From positions 32,352 to 96,351 of the IMG/VR virus record IMGVR_UViG_3300007151_000001: a stretch of 64,000 nucleotides of DNA. The stretch is one strand, 5' to 3'. Both the position numbers and the translations under genes were made by a program. The stretch is from a virus (taxonomy: Duplodnaviria > Caudoviricetes). Below the pieces are notes generated by a model. That model was given only the letters and a program-made list of their open reading frames with translations, was not told the DNA's origin and did no database searches. This document shows, piece after piece, positions 56,090 through 64,000 of the stretch. Every line of letters begins with the position of its first letter. Position 1 is the first letter of the stretch.

Positions 56090-56630
56090 GTCACAATCAT
56101 AATTTCGATTGGGAAGTGATTGTGACCCCCAGCGCCTTCGCATTGTCTACGATGGTATCGTCACAATCATAATTTCGATTGGGAAGTGATTGTGACCAAT
56201 GCGGAAGTTGAAGACATGCCCCGTCTCGAAGTCACAATCATAATTTCGATTGGGAAGTGATTGTGACCCCCCACAGGTTGAGGAATGCGCGGGCGAGCCG
56301 TTGTCACAATCATAATTTCGATTGGGAAGTGATTGTGACCCCAGGGGTTGCACCAGATGCCCGGCCCCCGCGAGTCACAATCATAATTTCGATTGGGAAG
56401 TGATTGTGACCTGTAGTGATCGTCGTAGGTACTAGGACACACGGGGTGTCACAATCATAATTTCGATTGGGAAGTGATTGTGACCCTTCGTCTTCCACAG
56501 CGCCGTCGCGGCAGGCGTCATGTCACAATCATAATTTCGATTGGGAAGTGATTGTGACCATGCCGTGAGTAGCAGACGCTCATGTGGGTATCGTCACAAT
56601 CATAATTTCGATTGGGAAGTGATTGTGACC
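56090..56630 (+). CRISPR. CRISPR array 2: 8 repeats, 7 spacers
   Basis: Identical 38-nt GTCACAATCATAATTTCGATTGGGAAGTGATTGTGACC at 56090, 56160, 56231, 56303, 56374, 56448, 56522 and 56593; spacers of 32, 33, 34, 33, 36, 36 and 33 nt. Confidence 0.98.
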
Positions 56631-56737
56631 CCCGGTGGTGGTATCTTTGTGTCCTGGGGTATACTTTCCCTGCTGGGGCATTGGTCTAGGCAGCAGTCGG
56701 TGCCTCAGCATTTCATCCCTCCCAGAGACCCAACCCC

Positions 56738-57355
56738 ATGAGCATCTTCAGCGGCATAGAAAAGGACATCAAGAAGGGCATTAGCAAGCTCGGCGACAGC
56801 GTCAAGCACGAAGTCCAGATCCTGGGCAAGGAAGCCAAGCATGAAGTCGAGAAACTGGCGGTCGAAGCCCAGCATGAGTTGAGCAAGGCCGCGGACAATG
56901 CGGAAATGGAAGTGACGCACCTGGCGAAGCAGGCGGCGCAGGACGTAGAGCATGCGGCGAAAGAGGCCAAAGCAGGTCTCGAGGAAGGGTTCCATGCGGC
57001 GATGGCGGAAGCGTTGAAAGCCGTGTCCCGCGGGGCGTTGCATAAGGCCCTGACCGTCGCCAAGACGTTGACCCCAGACCAAATGGGGTTGTCGTTGGGG
57101 CCGGTGAGTATGGCGGTCGAAGACGTGGACCAGCGGATCGACGTCCTGGAGAAATGGACGCACAACCCGCCGACGGATACGCATCACATCAAGGAATTGA
57201 TCCGCGAGATTGCGCCTACGAGCGTCTCGGTGCAGATTGATGTCCAAGTGGCCGCGCTGATCGTGACCACGGACGATCTGAGCATCGGGTTCAGCGCCAC
57301 ATGGACGACGGAGGGGTTCCTGCAGTCGTTCGACGACATCATGGCGGCATTCTGA
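56738..57355 (+). CDS. Hypothetical protein with 11-mer amphipathic repeats
   Basis: KHEV..L..EA periodicity in the N-terminal half. Confidence 0.7.
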   Translation: MSIFSGIEKDIKKGISKLGDSVKHEVQILGKEAKHEVEKLAVEAQHELSKAADNAEMEVTHLAKQAAQDVEHAAKEAKAGLEEGFHAAMAEALKAVSRGALHKALTVAKTLTPDQMGLSLGPVSMAVEDVDQRIDVLEKWTHNPPTDTHHIKELIREIAPTSVSVQIDVQVAALIVTTDDLSIGFSATWTTEGFLQSFDDIMAAF

Positions 57356-57360
57356 GGTAG

Positions 57361-58827
57361 ATGCGGGGGGAACACCGCGTTCGGCTGATCCGTCTGTCGT
57401 TTGCCGACGGTGCACGCTGGTACGGGCGGGTCTATCGCGCCTATCGACTGCGCAGTTGCCTGAACCGGATCCAAGAGCAAGCCCCGGCGATAGCCGAGCG
57501 CATGGCGGCAGGCGCGATCGTCTGTCTGGAGCAGCTGGCCTGTACGACGGCGGCCCCGGCGACGGCTCTGTACTACCGCTATCTGTACTACGACCGGCGG
57601 CCCGGGCTACTCAACATCCAGCGCAATTTCGCGGAGCGGGCTGACGCCCCAGAGGTCTACTGTTCGCAGTGTGCCGCGTGGAAGCCGCGCTCTGCGTTTC
57701 GGAAGACGAAACGCAAGCGAAACGGGTTGAGCAGTCTATGTAGGGACTGTCATCAGCGCAAGTACTATCATGCGCAACCGTTGCGGCGCCGTCCCTGCTG
57801 GCGGTGCGGCAAAGAGTTCCCGGCCAAGGCAAAGAGTCCCCGGAAGTACTGCAGTGCCGAATGCCGTCGTCTGGGAGGCGCTCTGACCCGCACTGTGCAG
57901 TGTGGGGAATGCGGGGCGTCTTTCGAGACGGCGCTGCCTCGGAAATACTGTAGTCATGCCTGTGCGACGGTCGTCCAACGTCGCGCCGAACGCACATCCA
58001 AGGCGAAGAAGCGCGGGCCTCGCCCGCCGGTACGACAGTGTTTGCAGTGTGGTTCCGAGTTTGCGCCCAAGTCCAGGCGTAACGTGTACTGTTCGCAGGA
58101 CTGCTATCAGATTGTCAATCGGCAACGCTCGGCAGAGCGCAACCGGCGCAGATATGCCGCCCGGCCAGAGCGGGCTTGCCCGACATGCGGAACCGAGTTT
58201 GCGCCCTTCGGGAGGCGAGCGTACTGTTCGGAGGAATGTCGGCGGTTGGCGTTGCCGAAGGCCCCCTGCGCATTGGGTCGGGAAAAGCCGTGCTTACGAT
58301 GCGGAACGAGTTTTCTTGCCAGGACCAACCAGCGTTGGTGTTCGTCAGGTTGTCGGGAACAAGCGTTGGCGGAACGGAAGCCGCCGGCGCCTACCTACAC
58401 GTGTGCGGAATGCCAGGCGGAGTTCAAGGCCCGGCGCAAGCGGGAATGCTGTTCGCCCGCGTGCACCAAGCGTCACGTGGCCCGGCGGCGGGCCTTGGAG
58501 TACCAACGGCGGCGGGAACAATTCGCGGGGCGTCTGTGGTTGCGCCAACTAGGGCGCTGCGGTCTCGTAGGCTCCGTGAAGGGTTGTGGTTGCCAGTTGG
58601 ACAAGTACGATTTCCACATCGATCACGTCGTGCCGCGGAGTCGGGGAGGGCTGGACACGCCCGACAATCTGCAACTGCTGTGCCCCGACTGCAACCGGAA
58701 TGCGTCTTGGCTGATGGAGTCGGAACTGGCGGAGCGAGGATGGCAATACGGCTTAGCCAATCCCCCCGCACGGGGCAAGGCGGGGTTGTATACTCAGAGG
58801 GCCACGGAACGGACACAACGGGCGTGA
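57361..58827 (+). CDS. HNH endonuclease with multiple Zn-finger repeats
   Basis: Six CxxC.xxF...CSxxC units and C-terminal HIDHVVPRSRGG....NLQLLCPDCN. Confidence 0.8.
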   Translation: MRGEHRVRLIRLSFADGARWYGRVYRAYRLRSCLNRIQEQAPAIAERMAAGAIVCLEQLACTTAAPATALYYRYLYYDRRPGLLNIQRNFAERADAPEVYCSQCAAWKPRSAFRKTKRKRNGLSSLCRDCHQRKYYHAQPLRRRPCWRCGKEFPAKAKSPRKYCSAECRRLGGALTRTVQCGECGASFETALPRKYCSHACATVVQRRAERTSKAKKRGPRPPVRQCLQCGSEFAPKSRRNVYCSQDCYQIVNRQRSAERNRRRYAARPERACPTCGTEFAPFGRRAYCSEECRRLALPKAPCALGREKPCLRCGTSFLARTNQRWCSSGCREQALAERKPPAPTYTCAECQAEFKARRKRECCSPACTKRHVARRRALEYQRRREQFAGRLWLRQLGRCGLVGSVKGCGCQLDKYDFHIDHVVPRSRGGLDTPDNLQLLCPDCNRNASWLMESELAERGWQYGLANPPARGKAGLYTQRATERTQRA

Positions 58828-58987
58828 AGGCATGAAGACAGCACAATGGCAATGGTTTGGTCTGGGACTGGCGTTGGGGTGTGTACTCGGCTATGGTGCG
58901 GGCCTGCTCGGGCGTCTACTCGCCTGGCCGCTATGGTTTCAGCAATGGGGCAACCGGCGCATCGATCTGTGCGAAGCGGACTGACGC

Positions 58988-59896
58988 ATGGAAACCATCG
59001 TGCTCGAACGACCGGAGCCGTCGGCGGTGCCCGCCTTGACCCTGCATCCTCTCGGCGATGTGTCCCCCTGGTTGCTGTCGCATCAGGGCTTGGGCATGCC
59101 CCGCATCCAACGCCGCAGCCAACAAGCCGTCGAACAAGCCGGCTACACGGATATCGGTTTCCGTATCCAACCCCGCGACATTACGCTCAAAATCGGCCTG
59201 GCCGCTACGAATCGCGCCATGCTCGACAGCGAACGCCGCCGCCTTTGGGACATGCTGCAACCCACGCCCGATCCGCTGCAAATGCGTATCCAAACCGAAG
59301 ACGCCCAAGTCCGCCGGGTCGACGTCCATTATGTACGGGGTCTGGAATACGCAAGCAAGGATCGCAAAGCCAACGTCGAATCGTATACCTTGCAGTTTCG
59401 CGCGCCGGAAGTGTTTCTGCGCAGCACAGCCGAAACGACGATTACCGTGGAAGGTTCCGGCGCCGCCGGCGGCATGGACTTCCCCTTGGATTTCCCTATG
59501 CACTTAGGCGGATTCACCTGGGGTACCCTGCACGATTTCGACTACACGGGCAGCGCCCCGGTCTATCCGACGATTTCCCTGTTCGGCAGATTGCGCGGCG
59601 TCCGCTTGCGTTTGACCAATCACACGGGAACGCACGCCGTCTCCCTGGAAAACACGTACGAAATCGCAGCCGGCCAACGACTCGACCTCCGTTTGCAAGT
59701 CGGCCGCAAGGAAATCGTGTCGGTCGCCGCCGACGGCACGGAAACCAACGCCTATGCCGCCCTTTCCGTATCCGAAACCTTCCTGCCCGGTTGGCGCATC
59801 GAACCCGGACTCAATCAAGTCGCCGTCGAAGCCCAAGCCTCCGGCGCCGGCGCTTACGCCGAAATCCGTTTCGTAACGCAATACCTAGGACTTTGA
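58988..59896 (+). CDS. Siphovirus distal tail (Dit-like) protein
   Basis: GLGMP, PRDITL, LQFRAPE.F, FP..FP, YP.I.L.G and PG.N motifs of tail components. Confidence 0.75.
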   Translation: METIVLERPEPSAVPALTLHPLGDVSPWLLSHQGLGMPRIQRRSQQAVEQAGYTDIGFRIQPRDITLKIGLAATNRAMLDSERRRLWDMLQPTPDPLQMRIQTEDAQVRRVDVHYVRGLEYASKDRKANVESYTLQFRAPEVFLRSTAETTITVEGSGAAGGMDFPLDFPMHLGGFTWGTLHDFDYTGSAPVYPTISLFGRLRGVRLRLTNHTGTHAVSLENTYEIAAGQRLDLRLQVGRKEIVSVAADGTETNAYAALSVSETFLPGWRIEPGLNQVAVEAQASGAGAYAEIRFVTQYLGL

Positions 59897-59897
59897 C

Positions 59898-60536
59898 ATG
59901 GCCGAAACCAGTCTCTTTTGGGATACCTCCAGCGGTACCGGCGACGGCTCCGCCGCCTATACCTTCCAGCAGTTTCAACAATTCCTGAAATCCATGTTCG
60001 CCCCGGATACCGAATCCCGAGCAGTCATTCCCGGTCTGGACAACGAACTCGCCATCTCCGCCACCGGCACCAATCGGGCCACCATCGCCACCGGCCGCGC
60101 CCTCGTCAACGGCACGCCCTACATCAACGACTCCAACCGCGAACTCACCATCCCGAGCCGTACCCTCACCACGGTGCACAGCTTCATCTTGCGTTGGTCC
60201 CGCACGGCCCAGACCGTCCGCGCCGCTATTCTGGCCGGCAGCAACGGTGCGACTACCGATCCGACCCTGACCCGCAACAACAATACCTGGGAAGTCCGTC
60301 TCGCCCGCCTTTCCGTCACCGGCGGCGGTACCGTAACCGTCACCGACCAGCGCGATTTTCTGCAATGGGGCGCCGACCATATTCGCGACAACGTACTCGG
60401 CCCCGACCAAATGACCGACGACATCGTGCGCCGCCACGACACCGGTACGCCCTATATCATCCGGGAAATGACGCAAGCCGACTACGACGCCCTGACGAAC
60501 AAATCCGATACGACCGCCTATTTCATCACAGGATAG
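59898..60536 (+). CDS. Minor tail protein
   Basis: TGRALVNG..Y and P.LT.....WE..LA...V.......DQR motifs. Confidence 0.7.
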   Translation: MAETSLFWDTSSGTGDGSAAYTFQQFQQFLKSMFAPDTESRAVIPGLDNELAISATGTNRATIATGRALVNGTPYINDSNRELTIPSRTLTTVHSFILRWSRTAQTVRAAILAGSNGATTDPTLTRNNNTWEVRLARLSVTGGGTVTVTDQRDFLQWGADHIRDNVLGPDQMTDDIVRRHDTGTPYIIREMTQADYDALTNKSDTTAYFITG

Positions 60537-60540
60537 CGCC

Positions 60541-61500
60541 ATGCCGGTTTTCATCAACGACCGCGCCGTGATCGGATCCTATATCGCAGATCAAGTCGTC
60601 GAACAGATCTATATCGGAGATACGGAAGTCTTTTCCGCGTTCGAGGAAACCCTCTACTACTACACGGCGTCCGACACGTTGACCGTGCCCCCGGGCGCGC
60701 ATTATGCGCAAGTCTTGGCCGTCGGACCCCGGGGCGACGGCGGGGACGGCGGCGACGGCGGAGACGGCGGGGACGGCGGCAACGGCGACTATCTGGATTA
60801 CAGCGACACCAACGGCTTCGCCGGACCCGGCGGAGCCGGGGGTTTGGCCGGCGACGGCGTAAATCCCGGCATGCCGGGTACGGCCGGCGCCGACGGGCGG
60901 TTTTTGGTGACGCAACGCCGCGGCTTCGCCGGCGGCGAAGGCGGACGCGGCGGCGACGGCGGCTGGGGCTTTACCCACGCCGTAACCGGCAACGTCGCCG
61001 CCGGCCAAACCATTACCATTACCATCGACGCCGCCGACCGTACGGCCGTTTGCGCCTTGCCCGACGGCACTACGGCCACCGCACCCGGCGGCGGACACGG
61101 CGGCGACGGCGGCCACGGCGGACACGGCCTAGACTACATGCAACCCCTGCCCCTGAACACCCCGGGCACCGGCGGCACCGCCGGCGAATCCGTCACCGTA
61201 GACGGTACGACCTACGCCGCCGCACCGGGCACGCCCAATCAACCCAACAGCAGCGACCGTACCGTCGGCGGCAACGGCGCCACCCAACAACACGGCGCCA
61301 CCGGCATCGAAGGCTCCCAAACTTTCGCCGACTATCAGCCCGACCATCAGCACGACCACGACGTCGCTTTGCCGGCGCCGTGGCAAATCGTACACACAGA
61401 CCGCAGCGTCGGCTATACCCGAACCGACGACGATACCTGGCGCGCCGGCCATGCCGCCACCGGCAGCGTCTTGATTCGGCTGTTGCCCGACGTGCCATGA
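60541..61500 (+). CDS. Glycine-rich tail protein
   Basis: (GDG)n and GG repeats within the tail operon. Confidence 0.7.
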   Translation: MPVFINDRAVIGSYIADQVVEQIYIGDTEVFSAFEETLYYYTASDTLTVPPGAHYAQVLAVGPRGDGGDGGDGGDGGDGGNGDYLDYSDTNGFAGPGGAGGLAGDGVNPGMPGTAGADGRFLVTQRRGFAGGEGGRGGDGGWGFTHAVTGNVAAGQTITITIDAADRTAVCALPDGTTATAPGGGHGGDGGHGGHGLDYMQPLPLNTPGTGGTAGESVTVDGTTYAAAPGTPNQPNSSDRTVGGNGATQQHGATGIEGSQTFADYQPDHQHDHDVALPAPWQIVHTDRSVGYTRTDDDTWRAGHAATGSVLIRLLPDVP

Positions 61501-62618
61501 CCGCCCTCGACGCCGATCACTATCTCGAAGTACAATCGGTCACAGGGGTATTGCAATTCCTGCTCGACGGCGAAGACTTCATCAATCTCAGTTGGTCCCG
61601 CAGCCTCAACGCCGTCGACACCTGCAACTGGACCTTGCCGCATACGACGCCGCACGGCGATTTATTGGAACCGTATCAACGCATCTTGTTGTGGCGCCGC
61701 TCCCATAGCGCCGGTCTTTGGTACCTGGAATGGTCCGGCATCTTGTTGACCATCATCCGCAAGCAACAGACGGACATAATCTGTACCGCCTTGTCTTTGG
61801 ACTGGTTCCTGCAACAGCGCGTCGTAGCCTGGCATCAGGGAACGGATCGCCGGACTTCCTGGAACGACGAACCCACGCAAACCGTAGTGTCCGATTTGAT
61901 CGCCACCAATTTGGGCAGCGCCGCGACCGCCGCTGCGGGCCGCTGGGCCGACGGCACGCTGACGACGCCGCCCTGGAGCGCCGTAGACGCCGACGACCCT
62001 GCGGAAATTACGCATATCATCGCGGGCCAACCCGACGTCTTCACGGAATTGACCACAATCGCCACCCAGCGCAATGCCGCTTGGCAAGTCCTATTCGTCA
62101 ACGACGAAGCCCAATTGAAATGGCGCGTACGTCCATGGGGAAACGATCTGACGACCGGATCCGATACGTTACGCCTGTCCCTCGCCCTCGACAATTTGGA
62201 TACCAGCAGCATCACGCACGACCGGACGCAAGTATCAACCCGCTCCTTCGTCGTAGAAGCCCAAATCGACGCCATGCAGCCGACGGTGAACACGGTGGAT
62301 TTGCCGGATGCACAACCCATTACTACGGAAACCATGACGCAACTGTACAGCGACGACGTAGATCCGCAACTGCAGGCCCAAGTGCAACTGAGTCAAGGAC
62401 TGTCTTCGGCTCTGACATTCCAGATCTTGCCCGCCAAACTCGCTAGTCTACGCTATCCCGACGCCTACGGCGTAGGCGACCGCATCGCCGTAGACTTGGG
62501 CACCGCAGAAGTATTCGCCTTGGACGTCGAAGGCGTACGTTGCAGCGTACAGCCCAACAAAGGCGAAACCGTCCAATTCGATTACCAATCCCCGGTAGGA
62601 GGCCGCTTCGCCGTATGA
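61497..62618 (+). CDS. Siphovirus Gp37-like (ReqiPepy6-type) tail protein
   Basis: L.W.R.LN, L..RVV, G.D.T..., LRY...YGVGD.I; ATGA coupling. Confidence 0.7.
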   Translation: MTALDADHYLEVQSVTGVLQFLLDGEDFINLSWSRSLNAVDTCNWTLPHTTPHGDLLEPYQRILLWRRSHSAGLWYLEWSGILLTIIRKQQTDIICTALSLDWFLQQRVVAWHQGTDRRTSWNDEPTQTVVSDLIATNLGSAATAAAGRWADGTLTTPPWSAVDADDPAEITHIIAGQPDVFTELTTIATQRNAAWQVLFVNDEAQLKWRVRPWGNDLTTGSDTLRLSLALDNLDTSSITHDRTQVSTRSFVVEAQIDAMQPTVNTVDLPDAQPITTETMTQLYSDDVDPQLQAQVQLSQGLSSALTFQILPAKLASLRYPDAYGVGDRIAVDLGTAEVFALDVEGVRCSVQPNKGETVQFDYQSPVGGRFAV

Positions 62619-64000
62619 TGATGACCGAAGATATGCTGGCCCTGCTGCATAAAACCAAGCAGCAAATCTACGAACTGCAACGCACGGTCGCTTTCCTCGA
62701 ATCCCGATTGGCCACAAATACCAGCGGCCTCACCGAAGCCCAAGTCGACGCCCGCGTGCAAGCCGGCGTTTCCGACTGGGCGGAACAAAACAACAACGAC
62801 TTCATCCCTACCGCCAAATACGGCGCCGACACCTTGCCCCGCGCGACGTTGCAAACCGTCACGGGGGATGCCGGCAAATACGTGGCCTACGACGCCAGCG
62901 GCGTCCCGACCGCCATAGACCTGCCGCCCAACACGGGCCTCAACCAACAGCAAGTCGATACCCGGATCGCCATCGGCGTGGCGGACTGGGCCGAAGCCGG
63001 CAATACGTCCGCCATTCCCGAAACCAAGATCCCCGCATCCATCGCCCGCGACAGCGAATTGCCCGACACTTCGGCGTTCCTGAACCAAGCCGCCGTCGAC
63101 GCGCGGGTCGCCGCCGGCGTCGCAAACTGGGCCGAAGACGGCAACACGTCCGCCATTCCCCTGAACAAAATCCCCGACGCCGTGGCCCGCGACAGCGAAT
63201 TGCCCGACGTCGCGCCTTGGGCGGAAACCGCGCGTACGCGCTTGTACGGCGCGTCCAACGACCAAGACGCATTGTACGAAATCGCGGCGGACGGCAGCAC
63301 GGCCACCGTGATCAGCACGGCCACGACCTACTGGAACAACAACGTCGGCGGCGTCGCTTTCGCCCCCGGCGAAACCAACACTTTCTTCTTTACCCTGACC
63401 GCGCCCGGTACCGACGACGCCCGCTATCTGCTCAAAGGCACAGTCAGCCCCTACGACGTAGAACGGGTCGGGGAAATCGTCACGGGCGAAGAAAAAGAAT
63501 TTCGCGGCCTCGCATTCGACGACACAGGGACCCTGTACGGCTTCAGCAACGCCGACGACCACCTCTACACCATCGACACCACCACCGGCGCCGGTACCCA
63601 AGTAGGCGACGCCCTATCCTGGACCAACATCACAGGCATGACCTGGCTCGACGGCGCCATGTACGTCGTGGACGCTACCCGCGACGAAATCGGCAGGTTG
63701 GACTTGGACGACCAGTCCATCACTGCCGTCTTCAATCTGGCCGATCATCTAACCGGCTCCATCTCGCCGCAGGGCTTAGCCGGCAATCCGCCGTATCTGT
63801 ATTGGACGCACGAAACCGACGACCATCTGTATCGCATCCACCTCGCCGCCGACACGATGGAAGACCTCGGCGAAATGCCTATCGGCGGCGTGCGCGGGCT
63901 TTCGTTCGCATCCGATACCGTACAGACTATCCCCTATCGCCGTTTCGCGCCGAACACCATCCCCCGCGCCAGTCTCGAAACCGTTACTGCCGACGCCGGC
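62615..64000 (+). CDS. Tail fibre / receptor-binding protein, truncated by the window end
   Basis: Open frame from ATG 62615; three VD.R...GV..WAE..N...IP..K repeats then beta-propeller-like repeats (LY.ID..TG). Confidence 0.75.
   Translation, partial: MMMTEDMLALLHKTKQQIYELQRTVAFLESRLATNTSGLTEAQVDARVQAGVSDWAEQNNNDFIPTAKYGADTLPRATLQTVTGDAGKYVAYDASGVPTAIDLPPNTGLNQQQVDTRIAIGVADWAEAGNTSAIPETKIPASIARDSELPDTSAFLNQAAVDARVAAGVANWAEDGNTSAIPLNKIPDAVARDSELPDVAPWAETARTRLYGASNDQDALYEIAADGSTATVISTATTYWNNNVGGVAFAPGETNTFFFTLTAPGTDDARYLLKGTVSPYDVERVGEIVTGEEKEFRGLAFDDTGTLYGFSNADDHLYTIDTTTGAGTQVGDALSWTNITGMTWLDGAMYVVDATRDEIGRLDLDDQSITAVFNLADHLTGSISPQGLAGNPPYLYWTHETDDHLYRIHLAADTMEDLGEMPIGGVRGLSFASDTVQTIPYRRFAPNTIPRASLETVTADAG

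Noticed and set aside
48700-56090. The two tnpB-like genes as active IS200/IS605 or IS607 elements
   Set aside because: No Y1 or serine transposase in the window, no recognisable left ends, and arrays occupy the right-end positions.
56147-56498. Short minus-strand ORFs with repeated SQSLPNRNYDCD / HNHFPIEIMIV
   Set aside because: They are translations of array 2 repeats.
60733-60789. GGCGACGGC tandem repeats
   Set aside because: They encode the Gly-Asp-Gly run of a tail protein and have no spacers.
62730-63210. Imperfect direct repeats in the tail fibre gene as a possible DGR template/variable pair
   Set aside because: They are in-frame protein repeats with no evident adenine-specific differences, and no reverse transcriptase is present in the window.
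1-64000. Genome-wide stop-codon reassignment suggested by the UUA tRNA
   Set aside because: Conserved genes are full length in the standard code, and TAA, TAG and TGA all end ORFs at expected positions.

Overview
This window is part of a GC-rich tailed (sipho-like) phage or prophage. The host is possibly Chloroflexota-like, which is a weak inference from the DnaN and HesB protein style. Virion and tail genes sit at both ends (1-6.9 kb and 59-64 kb). A long, mostly minus-strand early/replication region (7-46.7 kb) is driven by repeated sigma70-like promoters. It encodes a primase-helicase next to an iteron origin, a beta-clamp, an SNF2 helicase, an ERF annealing protein, an N6-methylase, a frameshifted tyrosine recombinase and an M23 lysin. 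It also carries a cluster of odd tRNAs, one with an ochre UUA anticodon, interleaved with very basic peptide genes, plus several fragments of restriction-modification enzymes. The highlight is three CRISPR-related modules with no cas1/cas2/cas6 in the window: a type IV-B operon (csf1-csf4-csf2-cysH-csf3) and two catalytically intact TnpB-like RuvC nucleases (451 aa and 566 aa). Each nuclease is followed directly by its own CRISPR array and keeps an omegaRNA-like scaffold in the 3' end of its gene. The 5' motif of each scaffold is complementary to the 3' end of its own repeat (GTCGC/GCGAC and GTCAC/GTGAC). The 566-aa system also has an anti-repeat between gene and array. A second copy of its scaffold (78/86 nt identical by hand alignment, with a compensatory base pair) sits about 40 kb away inside the type IV-B operon. 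There it is fused through a GAAA loop to the repeat 3' end like a natural single-guide RNA. All calls come from reading the sequence by eye; no database searches were run.
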